Below, in pieces: positions 1 to 8,831 of a stretch of DNA of 64,000 bases. The stretch's first letter is position 1, and each line of letters begins with the position of its first letter. The stretch lies in the sequence record PV764602.1; one strand, 5' to 3'. The position numbers and the translations under genes were made by a program. The notes under the pieces were generated by a model. It was not told the origin of the DNA and did not search any database. It was given only the letters and a program-made list of their open reading frames with translations.

Positions 1-264
1 TGGTTGGCTGGCGGTAATGCAAGTGATTTTGACGTAGAAGGATTTAATCAGCAGATCGCAGGTAACGGTCAAACCTCGGGCACGATGAATCGTCAGAATT
101 TGGGTGGTTCTCCCCGATGGTCATGTTCCGCTGCAACCCGATTTGGTTTTGTTGATTCTTCCATGTCATTTGGCTGCCGAATCTACCAAGCGGGTACTGG
201 TAACGTTATCGCTACAGCGAATTTCAGTATTTATGCCGCCGCCTCAGATGGTAGCATCGGATAG
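1..264 (+). CDS. 5'-truncated ORF, likely C-terminus of a tail/virion protein
   Basis: Frame is open from base 1 (WLAGGNAS...) to TAG at 262-264; Gly/Ser/Thr-rich beta-type composition; lies upstream of baseplate genes. Confidence 0.55.
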   Translation, partial: WLAGGNASDFDVEGFNQQIAGNGQTSGTMNRQNLGGSPRWSCSAATRFGFVDSSMSFGCRIYQAGTGNVIATANFSIYAAASDGSIG

Positions 265-319
265 CAACTCCATCTTCTAGTAACAACCAAAACGTTTGAC
301 ACAACAAGGGAGAAGAAAC

Positions 320-997
320 ATGTTCCAAGAAAGGGACCAAACTACAGCCAAATGGAATCCCCTCTGCCACGAACAGGTCAACTTGATTAACTCTTCGCTG
401 ATCGCGCGCCTCAAGGCGAAGGCAGATGAGTATCCGGTTAACCCTTACGGTTGTGGGTGGGATAACGGCGTTCCACTGGACCTTACTGCACCAACGGCCA
501 GTGACGCGTCGCCAGAAGCTGCGTTGATTCACGACACCCGAACACTCATCGCAGAATGCGTCCACCGCCTAGCAGGCTTCTATCCATTCGATTTGTATTT
601 CAAGGATGCGGCCTTTGTTGTTCCTGCCCCACAACCTTCTTCGGTACGCTTAGTGCGACTCGCTATGGGTGCGAAGCTTAATCCGCCCCACGCTGGTACG
701 GCGGTTGCTCCCGGCGCCACGAATCGCATTGATCTGAATACGCATAGTCAGGCTCATCAGAAGATTCATATGATGATCCCGCTCTCTGCTTACGAAGGTA
801 ACGACGTGTTCTTCCCCTTCTTCGATCCGAACTTGCAGGAATGGAAAGACGTGTCGCCCACCATCACTAACGCACGGGCTGACTGGACAGGCATCACGTT
901 GTCATGGCCTGCGTGGCGGTTGTGTAGGTTCAGTCCCGTCGAGGACGGCGAAGCCTACCTCCTGCTAGTCACGTTGTACGGACCTCGCTTCCAGTAA
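320..997 (+). CDS. hypothetical protein (virion region)
   Basis: ORF track 296..997; ATG at 320 follows AAGGGAG RBS. Confidence 0.75.
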   Translation: MFQERDQTTAKWNPLCHEQVNLINSSLIARLKAKADEYPVNPYGCGWDNGVPLDLTAPTASDASPEAALIHDTRTLIAECVHRLAGFYPFDLYFKDAAFVVPAPQPSSVRLVRLAMGAKLNPPHAGTAVAPGATNRIDLNTHSQAHQKIHMMIPLSAYEGNDVFFPFFDPNLQEWKDVSPTITNARADWTGITLSWPAWRLCRFSPVEDGEAYLLLVTLYGPRFQ

Positions 998-1023
998 GTG
1001 CCCACATCTAATTCGGAACCAAC

Positions 1024-1428
1024 ATGGCAACCACCAACAACATCCTGTTTAGTGACTTCAACACGCTAGTCGGGTTGAATAACAAGCAAGCCATCGTCAT
1101 CAATGATGATGCAGTTGCCAATGTGGTGCTCAACATTGTTCTGATCCAGAAGCGCAGCCGTAAGTTTCGGATTGGGTATGGAGCATCAAGTCACTTCTTC
1201 CTGCAAAAGCAGGTGACTGCTGAGAACGCGGAGAAGTACAGGATGACCCTCTACCAAGACCTGACCAAATGGGCCGGGTCTGTAGCCAAGTTTGATATGG
1301 CGGGCATCCAAGTGAAGCCTCTCCAGAATTACGACGGTTACGGAGTGGTCATCCTGTACAAGTCCAACCTTTCGGGTTACTACAATCAGGTTTCAGTCCA
1401 GCTGCCGTCCACCTCGGTGGCACGCTAA
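1024..1428 (+). CDS. baseplate wedge subunit, gp25-like
   Basis: 134 aa; pattern DDAVANVVLNIVLIQKRSRKFRIGYGAS resembles the gp25/GPW family; directly precedes the gp6/J-like gene. Confidence 0.65.
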   Translation: MATTNNILFSDFNTLVGLNNKQAIVINDDAVANVVLNIVLIQKRSRKFRIGYGASSHFFLQKQVTAENAEKYRMTLYQDLTKWAGSVAKFDMAGIQVKPLQNYDGYGVVILYKSNLSGYYNQVSVQLPSTSVAR

Positions 1429-1503
1429 TACCGAAAATAGGGCCAAAATAGGCCCACAGCACCCTCTACCCACAGGGCGCCAAATTTAGAGGCTCCAGCT
1501 TCC

Positions 1504-1551
1504 ATCTACGACCCCAATCCTTGCGTCAAAACGCATAGTTGGGGCGTAGAT
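1504..1551 (+). other. long imperfect stem-loop in 5' leader of baseplate gene
   Basis: ATCTACG/CGTAGAT, CCCCAA/TTGGGG and TGCGT/ACGCA nested arms with a CAAA loop. Confidence 0.6.
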
Positions 1552-1613
1552 TTTGGCTACATTTTCCACTCCCCAACCCTCATTTTCCTATGGCCACTGA
1601 CCGGAATTCAACC

Positions 1614-3371
1614 ATGACAACTGTAACCGCGTTGTCCAATATCCGCCCTGACTTCGATGACATTGCAGCACAGCTGGGATCGAGTCTGACGCGCAAGGCG
1701 AACTGGGCTCCGCTGCTTCCTACTCAGACTGCAAGCCTCTTGATTGAAGGCGTGGCCGCCGCCACTGCGTTCCTGCAAACCGGTGTGCAGAACAGCTTTG
1801 AAGAAACGTTCCCTCAGACCGCCCGTATGCCTTCGAGCCTGCGGGCGTCTGCGCGTCGGCTCGGTGTCCGTCTGACGCGCAAGTCCCCTGCACAGACTCG
1901 GGTACGGCTCACGCGAGCCACCGCAGCCACGTCCGTCCTGATCCCTGAGTTCTCGGCCTTCCAAGCGCCGGGTGTGTCTCTGTTCAACCGCTCTGCCATA
2001 CTGTTCCCCGTCGGTACCCTCTCCGCTGAATTCGACTTGTACGAAGGCTTTATCACTCAGGTTTCGTACACGGGTCAAGGTGCTGACAGTCAGATGATCG
2101 TTGTATCTGTCCCCGGCTTCACCATCAGCAACATGGACGTGCGGGTCACTGTCAGTGGCCGTCCGCTGCAAGTGGTGACTGATGGCATCTGGCACTACCC
2201 CATCACGAACAGTGGCGATCCTAACTACGTGGTATCGGACAACACGCTGCCTACGGGCGAGCTTCTGCTTGAGTTCGGTAACACTCAGTTCGGCATGATC
2301 CCTCAGCGTGGTGCGCAGATTCTTGTGTCCTATGCTGTGACCAATGGTACCTCCGGCAACAACGTACAGTTTGAGAATCAGCGCATCACGTACTCGGCCA
2401 ACGGTGTTGAGTTCACTGGCAGCGCGCTTACTCCACTCACCGGAGGTACTGACGAACTTGACGCAGAGCAGTACCGCGATAGTCCGTTGATCTACGCGTC
2501 CTACGAGCGCGCGGTTGCTATTCCAGACATGCCTGCTATTGCTACGAAGTATCCCGGCGTTGTCGATGCCATCTTCCTTGGTCAGAAGGACATTGCTCCG
2601 AATCTCAAGGAATTCATGAACGTTGTCTACACCTACGTTCTGATGGATACGGGTTCTCAGATTTCTGCTACGCAGTACACGGACTTCCTCAAGTGGTGGC
2701 AGCCTCGCTCGATGCCCCTTGAGTACGTCCGCCAAACCGCCAAGCAAATTGCAGTAGACGTTGCAGGCACCATCTACATCACGGGTCAGGGCGATCCGGA
2801 TTCCATCTTGGCCAAGGCGCGCGCAGCAGTTGCCAAACTGTTCACTGCACGCCAAGGTTACTTGGGTCGCGATCTGTACGTGGACGACCTTATTGACTCC
2901 ATCCGTACTTCGGACCCTTACGTTGACCACGTTACCCTGACTTCACCCACCGCTGACGTTATCTGTAAGATCAACGCACCGCAGGCCCCTACTGTTACTC
3001 CGGCTACTGGCGGTACGCTCCCCAACGGTACGTACATCTATTCGGTGTCTGCTGTCTCCAATCTCAGCCCTGTGCAAGAAACGTTCGCTTCGGTGAATGG
3101 TGCGGTGACGCTGACGGGAACGAACAACGCCGCACGTATCAAGTGGAATGCAGTGGCAGGTGCTGTGCAATACAAGGTGTACGGGCGCACTGCTTCCCAA
3201 GAAATGTTCCTGCTTGCCACGGTCAGCGCATCTTCTGCGCTTGAATTCTTGGACACGGGTTCTGTTACTACTGGCGCTGCTGTCAACAAGATCAACACTG
3301 CGGGTATCTCTTACGTTACCCTCAACAATACGAACTTGCAGGTGGCGTTCACTGATCGAGTAGGTGTCTGA
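1614..3371 (+). CDS. baseplate wedge protein (T4 gp6 / P2 gpJ-like) with C-terminal FN3-like domain
   Basis: TARMPSSLRASARRLG, GGTDELDAEQYR and RAVAIPD motifs typical of gp6/J; APTVTPATGGTLPNGTYIYSVSAV...WNAVAGAVQYKVYGR FN3-like insert; ATG 1614 chosen for its GGA RBS. Confidence 0.85.
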   Translation: MTTVTALSNIRPDFDDIAAQLGSSLTRKANWAPLLPTQTASLLIEGVAAATAFLQTGVQNSFEETFPQTARMPSSLRASARRLGVRLTRKSPAQTRVRLTRATAATSVLIPEFSAFQAPGVSLFNRSAILFPVGTLSAEFDLYEGFITQVSYTGQGADSQMIVVSVPGFTISNMDVRVTVSGRPLQVVTDGIWHYPITNSGDPNYVVSDNTLPTGELLLEFGNTQFGMIPQRGAQILVSYAVTNGTSGNNVQFENQRITYSANGVEFTGSALTPLTGGTDELDAEQYRDSPLIYASYERAVAIPDMPAIATKYPGVVDAIFLGQKDIAPNLKEFMNVVYTYVLMDTGSQISATQYTDFLKWWQPRSMPLEYVRQTAKQIAVDVAGTIYITGQGDPDSILAKARAAVAKLFTARQGYLGRDLYVDDLIDSIRTSDPYVDHVTLTSPTADVICKINAPQAPTVTPATGGTLPNGTYIYSVSAVSNLSPVQETFASVNGAVTLTGTNNAARIKWNAVAGAVQYKVYGRTASQEMFLLATVSASSALEFLDTGSVTTGAAVNKINTAGISYVTLNNTNLQVAFTDRVGV

Positions 3372-4987
3372 TGACTATCTATAACGGCGATGATCCGAAT
3401 ACCTTGTTGCCTAATGCTTCATCCATCAACCCACTAATCACCTACGGCTTCCATCAAGTCTATGGCAAGATGGACGGGAATGGCGTTGTTGTGGATACGA
3501 TGGGCATCATGCTGCCAGAAGGTTTCCGTGATCTTGACGTGTGGCGAGACTTCGCTGATAGCGTCGATGAGGTGATGAACAGCGAGATTGCAACGCAGAT
3601 CGAAAGCCTGATGAGCACGAACGACCCGTATGCGTCTTCGGTGAATCCTGCTATTGACCGCCGTACCCTCCTGTACCTCATTGGTGCAATCGGATTCAAG
3701 TACAAGCAAAACGACGTGTTTGACATTGATGATTTGAAGCGGTTCGTTCGGCATACTCCGCAATTTTGGGGTGAGAAGGGCAACCGCTTCTTCATTCAGT
3801 ACATGAGCTATGTCGTTAACGCCCAGCTTCAAATGCAATACCTGTGGACGCAGGACTACAAGGTGTTCGTACCCGAGGGTAGTCCGCTGATTGGTCGCCC
3901 TGTGTGGGAGTCCGCAGTAAATGCCACTGCCAACGTGGTCCCATTCGGTACAGGCGATGGGGCTCAGACTGTGTTTCCCCTGATGGTGATGAACTCCACC
4001 ATCGACAGCGTTTCGGGGACCCCTACGATCTACCGCGTTGACTGGGCAGGACAAACGCGCCTATACAACACACCACGCACCAACCGCATTAGGCGAAGTG
4101 TGGAAATTGGTAGCTCAGCATGGACCAATAGCAGTCCTACCAATCTGATAGTGCAGACCACTTCGGCCTTGGCACCCGACGGTAGCGCGACGGCCTCCGT
4201 GCTCAAGCCCATGACTACGGGAGCCAATGCAGCTTCGCTGCTCGATGGTAGCGCGGTGACGCCCGGTCCTGTGACTTGTAGCGTTTACCAGTCTTCTGAG
4301 GGACTGGCCGCAGGGCAAAAAGTTCGATACGCGCTATGGAGTGTGAATTCCAGCAATGTCACCACTCTAGTTGGTCAGACAGATTTGGAGTGGACGGGCA
4401 CTCAGATGCGCGTGGCGGCGTATAGCGGCGTTGCTTCTAGCGTCCTACAGTCTTTGGGTGACGGCTGGTACCGGATTGAGTATACGGGTACAACTGACGT
4501 TGGTGCACGCCTTTCAATCCAGCCGGGCCTAACCCACACCAATCCTGTTACGGTGTGGGGTGCTCAATTGGAGCAGGGTAGTTCCGCTACTCGCCTCATC
4601 AAGACTTATGGCGTTGAAGTAACCACCACGGATTTCGCCTTCACTAACAGTAATCGGAGTATCACCCTGTCGTCACCTCTACCTGTAGGCGCAAGCCTTA
4701 GCTGGAGCGGAACGTACAATCAGGCAGGCACTTGGTACCCAACAAGTCACGTATACATCGTCTATGACGTTGATAAGTTCCGAGGCTCAGTCTCGAATAA
4801 TTTCAATAGTCAAGACAGCTTGGCTGCATTTTTCTACACCATCGCTCCAATTGAACTGGTGATCCAGTCCTTCGTTCTCAACGTCAACTTTGATCCTACG
4901 ATTCTACAGTTGGCGGGTGACGTGCAGATTAGCGTGTATACGCCGATGGAAGTGGAAGCTATTACTCCGATGAACACTAGGGCTTGA
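3371..4987 (+). CDS. baseplate wedge protein (gp7 / gpI-like) with inserted carbohydrate-binding-like domain
   Basis: WGEKGNRFFIQYMSYV ... WYPTSHV conserved flanks; central TN...APDGSATA...WGAQLEQGSSAT domain; overlaps the gp6-like stop. Confidence 0.7.
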   Translation: MTIYNGDDPNTLLPNASSINPLITYGFHQVYGKMDGNGVVVDTMGIMLPEGFRDLDVWRDFADSVDEVMNSEIATQIESLMSTNDPYASSVNPAIDRRTLLYLIGAIGFKYKQNDVFDIDDLKRFVRHTPQFWGEKGNRFFIQYMSYVVNAQLQMQYLWTQDYKVFVPEGSPLIGRPVWESAVNATANVVPFGTGDGAQTVFPLMVMNSTIDSVSGTPTIYRVDWAGQTRLYNTPRTNRIRRSVEIGSSAWTNSSPTNLIVQTTSALAPDGSATASVLKPMTTGANAASLLDGSAVTPGPVTCSVYQSSEGLAAGQKVRYALWSVNSSNVTTLVGQTDLEWTGTQMRVAAYSGVASSVLQSLGDGWYRIEYTGTTDVGARLSIQPGLTHTNPVTVWGAQLEQGSSATRLIKTYGVEVTTTDFAFTNSNRSITLSSPLPVGASLSWSGTYNQAGTWYPTSHVYIVYDVDKFRGSVSNNFNSQDSLAAFFYTIAPIELVIQSFVLNVNFDPTILQLAGDVQISVYTPMEVEAITPMNTRA

Positions 4988-4989
4988 CC

Positions 4990-6132
4990 ATGACCCAACT
5001 TTACATCACTGAGGCAGGCATTGCCGCTGCCAACTCGTCCAGTCCTAACGGACCGATGATTCAGATCGTGTCGTTCGCTCTAGGCAGCGATTACGGATAC
5101 ACCCCTCCGCCGTCCTCTGTGTATCCGGGCGCTAACAGCGTCGTTACTTCGCAGAGTGCTCTACGGGGTACGGTACGCTATCCAGTAGGCAATCAGCGTG
5201 CTGTGCCCAGTAACTACCACCTTGCTGCTGATGGCATCACAGGCGTGTTCACGCTGGTAGTTGGTCTGGACGTGGGCGACTTCTCGTTTGGTGAAGTCGC
5301 TCTCTACATGCCCGGCAACGTCATGTTCGGTATCGCAGTTCTTCCGCAACTGCAAACCAAACTGACCACTACGCAGAGTCAGACGGGCAACATCATCAAC
5401 ATGACGGTCAGTTTCCAGCTGAACGGCGTCAAGCCCAACATCACTGTGCAAAATGTCACGACCGCACTAGCAGATATTCGCACGGTCGGTACCGTTGACG
5501 TGATGAGCCCTCCGTCGGCCAGCCCTACCAACAATGCCATTTCTTTGCAGGTTGATGAATACAACCGCAGCAATTTGATGACGAAGCGTGACACCGACCT
5601 GTGGCAGTCACAACAGTATGACTGGGTTGTGCATGAAGGTGTTGTGCAGGTATCGGGCGATAAGACTCTGAGTGATGCGACTCTGGCTACGTCGCCTATC
5701 TACGTTGCACCGGGCCGCTACATTCTGCAATTCACCAGTGGTGCGTTGAAGGGTCAGGTTCGCCAAATCACGGCCTTCCCTGTATGGGCTGCGAGTGTAG
5801 TGCGTCGTGTGGGTGACGTTGTTCAGCCGACCAACAATCCCAACGTTCTGCTTAGGTGCACCACCGCTGGTACTTCGGGCACTGCCCAGCCGTCGTGGAA
5901 CACTGGCGCTTCGGGTGCCACCACTACTGATGGCACGGCGGTGTGGACGTATACGCCCAACCGGGACTCCCCGAATACCACGCTTTCGTGGGCAGGCTCT
6001 ACCTCGTCCAATGCGCTGAACGGCGTTACTTACACCGTGTATCGTGCTGCATCCTTCAGTGGCATTCGTCAGTACATCGGCGAATACATGCTGGACGCAA
6101 TGCCCATCAACTATTACAATCAACACCACTGA
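4990..6132 (+). CDS. tail-fibre collar/attachment protein with CBM-like repeat
   Basis: N-terminus LYITEAGIAAA...VGDFSFGEVALY resembles P2 gpH-like fibre N-termini; WAASVVRRVGDVV...RCTTAGTSG...TDGTAVW module. Confidence 0.7.
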   Translation: MTQLYITEAGIAAANSSSPNGPMIQIVSFALGSDYGYTPPPSSVYPGANSVVTSQSALRGTVRYPVGNQRAVPSNYHLAADGITGVFTLVVGLDVGDFSFGEVALYMPGNVMFGIAVLPQLQTKLTTTQSQTGNIINMTVSFQLNGVKPNITVQNVTTALADIRTVGTVDVMSPPSASPTNNAISLQVDEYNRSNLMTKRDTDLWQSQQYDWVVHEGVVQVSGDKTLSDATLATSPIYVAPGRYILQFTSGALKGQVRQITAFPVWAASVVRRVGDVVQPTNNPNVLLRCTTAGTSGTAQPSWNTGASGATTTDGTAVWTYTPNRDSPNTTLSWAGSTSSNALNGVTYTVYRAASFSGIRQYIGEYMLDAMPINYYNQHH

Positions 6133-6144
6133 GGATTTCCCAAC

Positions 6145-6492
6145 ATGGCTTTCACTCCTTCCTCCGGCGTCCTCGGTCAGATCAGGCCCTCGGGCGCAAC
6201 TGAGACTGTTCTCTACACCTGCCCCGCTGATGCACGCGCCTCTGTCAGCATTACCTGCTGCAACACGGATAGCGGCTCTACCACTGTAACGGTCAAGGTG
6301 AGGTCAGGTTCCACGTCCACTGCTCTTGTGAGCGGTGCTCAGTTGGCACCCGCAGGTGAGCAGGGACACTCAATCGACATTCGCGCTCTAATTCTTGGGC
6401 CGGGCCAATCGGTAGCAGTCACTAGCTTCAGCGGTACTGTAGATTTCAGTGCAATCGGGTACACGGCGCCTTCCAACGTCGTTGCGTTCTAA
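6145..6492 (+). CDS. small tail-fibre-associated protein
   Basis: 115 aa; TETVLYTCPA...ITCCNT motif; sits between fibre genes. Confidence 0.65.
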   Translation: MAFTPSSGVLGQIRPSGATETVLYTCPADARASVSITCCNTDSGSTTVTVKVRSGSTSTALVSGAQLAPAGEQGHSIDIRALILGPGQSVAVTSFSGTVDFSAIGYTAPSNVVAF

Positions 6493-6502
6493 GAGGTGAC
6501 CG

Positions 6503-8788
6503 ATGATTACCCATCAGGATACACTGTTCTCCAACATCCTATACGGAAATAATTGGAGTGCAGCTACCTACCAAGCCGCAAATCGGTTCACCATCCAAGG
6601 TGACAAGCGAACTTCGTATGAGGTAGGTACCCAGGTTCAGATTCTCACGTCTGCTGTAGCTACTATGCAGTACAGCTACGTTAGTGCAGTTACGTTCGCC
6701 TCCAACGTTACTACGGTGACGGTGAGCGACGGTCTATTCGCTTCGGGTCAGAAGATCAACGTTCGTGCATCGCCGTTTGGTGCCAACAACATGCCCCTCG
6801 GCCGACGCTTCAAAGAAATCAGCGTGTTCGGTGCGAACGGCCTGACGATCTCGAATGCGAGTCCGAAGTTCACCCTGTTCGTTGAAGGCGTTGGTGCGGG
6901 CAAGGTCAACACGTTCACTTTCCAGCCGGGCTCGGATGGTATCTCGTTCAAGGTTGGCCGTGATGCAATCGGTCTCGATGCCATGCGCATTGACGCCACT
7001 TCGACTGCCATCACCAAGGTGACGTTGTTCTCGCCCCTGACCTTTGGCGCGACGTATACGGGCGCCCTGACTTCGCTGACCGACCTTCTGACGATTGGTC
7101 AATACGCACTGACCTATTCGGCTACGGGTTCTTCGACCGGCAGCAATCGTCTGTATATCTCCGGCCCTAATGGCGGCGAGTTCACCGTTGGTCCTACCAA
7201 CGATGCTCAGGTATTCCGTCGTATTCGACTGCGTGCTACTGACGTTGTGGTCGAGAACAATCCCGGCGGTTCCTCGCAAGCAGGCTCGATCTGGCATAGC
7301 CTCAACTTCGATCCTGACACCCGTGTTACCAAGGGTCAGAATGGTTCTTGGATGGATTCGGCTTACACTGCGATCAACAACCTTAACAACGCTCAGGGGT
7401 ATTTCAACCAGTGGGCATCGGGCGCCGCACAGGCTCCTGTTGCAGGTTCGACGGGTGTTGTGCAAACCATGCACAGTGCGGGTGGCAACAACTTTAACCC
7501 TGTGGCTGGTGCTTCGCTGGTGCAGACGGCTTATGTCACCAATGGCACCGCACCTGCCCTGTATGTGCGACGCAACGTAGGTGCTTCGGGTTGGTCTGCA
7601 TGGACTAAGCTGTATACCCAAGCAGATTTCTCGCTTGGCGATTACGTCAAGATCGCAGGCGGTGATACCATCCAGTCCCCGATCACTGTACGTACTGCCT
7701 TGTCCGTTGGCACGACTGCGGATGCAACGTCCACCCTGAACTTCGGTACCTCGGCCAGTCCCAACGGTCCTGCTGCTACCATTTCTGTTACGGGCGGCGC
7801 AGCGACCACGGGTCGTGGTGCAATGACTATCAACGCGCAGTCCATCGCGCTGCCTGCACTGAACGTCAACGGTACGATGAACGTTTCGGGCGCTGCTTCG
7901 ATGGCGGGCCCACTGACCATCACTACTGGCTCCATACTGCTGGGTAACGGCACGTATGGGGAATCGCGTATTAGCAATACCTTCGACGACTGGTATTTGT
8001 ATTCCAGTCCTACGGGACTTGGCTGGTACAGTATCAGTAAGGGTAGTGCTTTCTCACTGGACAAGAACAGCAAGGCGTTCACGTTCAATGGTGCGGGTAC
8101 CATCAACGGTCAGACTACCATCAATGGTGGTCTGAACGTGGCGAGTGGTAGCGGTATCATCACTTCGGGCAACGTTGTTGGTGCCAACGGCAACTTCTCC
8201 AATGACGTGTTTGCTCCGGGCGCTTTCCGTGGTGCTCGCCTGCACATTTACGCAGGCTGCATTGCCTACGGTCAGGGCTTCCTGCCTAGCTGGAACGACT
8301 ACGGTGATGGCGCAACGGTCCTGACTAACGCACGCGGCGGTGGTACGGGCGGTTTCAAGTTCCGTCAGATGAATAGTGACGGTGGTGGTCAGGTTTTCCT
8401 TGCCTTCATCAACCCGAACGGTACCATCGGTTCGGCGTCGGACGAACGCATGAAGGAATTCGGTAAGGTACTCGACCTGTCTGACGCTCTTCGGTTCATC
8501 CGTGAGCAGCGAGTCAAGCATATCAAGTGGAAGCACACCGGCGAGGAGGATATTGCGTTTGGTGCGCAGAGCATCTTCAAGACCACTAGGTTCCTGGCCC
8601 ACTATGACAAGGGTGCTGACTTCTGGCAGCTGTACTACCCGAAGGTCGCTCTGTATCATCACGAAGCTCTCTTCCATATCCTTGAAGTGCAGAACAATCA
8701 CGAAGCCGACATTCAGATCCTGATTCGCAAGAACGAAAATCTGGAAGAGGAAGTGAAGCAGCTGCGCGAACGGTTGGATTCTCTCTAA
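6503..8788 (+). CDS. tail fibre with C-terminal intramolecular chaperone (peptidase S74)
   Basis: Gly/Thr-rich shaft; SGWSAW repeat; GSASDERMKE autocleavage motif followed by a C-terminal coiled coil. Confidence 0.85.
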   Translation: MITHQDTLFSNILYGNNWSAATYQAANRFTIQGDKRTSYEVGTQVQILTSAVATMQYSYVSAVTFASNVTTVTVSDGLFASGQKINVRASPFGANNMPLGRRFKEISVFGANGLTISNASPKFTLFVEGVGAGKVNTFTFQPGSDGISFKVGRDAIGLDAMRIDATSTAITKVTLFSPLTFGATYTGALTSLTDLLTIGQYALTYSATGSSTGSNRLYISGPNGGEFTVGPTNDAQVFRRIRLRATDVVVENNPGGSSQAGSIWHSLNFDPDTRVTKGQNGSWMDSAYTAINNLNNAQGYFNQWASGAAQAPVAGSTGVVQTMHSAGGNNFNPVAGASLVQTAYVTNGTAPALYVRRNVGASGWSAWTKLYTQADFSLGDYVKIAGGDTIQSPITVRTALSVGTTADATSTLNFGTSASPNGPAATISVTGGAATTGRGAMTINAQSIALPALNVNGTMNVSGAASMAGPLTITTGSILLGNGTYGESRISNTFDDWYLYSSPTGLGWYSISKGSAFSLDKNSKAFTFNGAGTINGQTTINGGLNVASGSGIITSGNVVGANGNFSNDVFAPGAFRGARLHIYAGCIAYGQGFLPSWNDYGDGATVLTNARGGGTGGFKFRQMNSDGGGQVFLAFINPNGTIGSASDERMKEFGKVLDLSDALRFIREQRVKHIKWKHTGEEDIAFGAQSIFKTTRFLAHYDKGADFWQLYYPKVALYHHEALFHILEVQNNHEADIQILIRKNENLEEEVKQLRERLDSL

Positions 8789-8821
8789 GGACATTGGGCA
8801 CAGGGACGTGCTCCCTTTTTA
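8786..8821 (+). promoter_or_regulatory. paired CsrA/RsmA-like sites (TAAGGACA + GCAC-AGGGAC-GTGC hairpin) followed by U-tract
   Basis: ACAGGGACGT matches (A/U)CANGGANG(U/A); the first site overlaps the fibre stop codon. Confidence 0.65.
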
Positions 8822-8831
8822 GGTAGAGGCT

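Noticed and set aside
1608-2930. Long antisense ORFs (also 21234..22238, 23725..25602, 33521..34504, 34308..35525 and others)
   Set aside because: They mirror strongly codon-biased + strand genes, lack RBS and motifs, and look like shadow frames.
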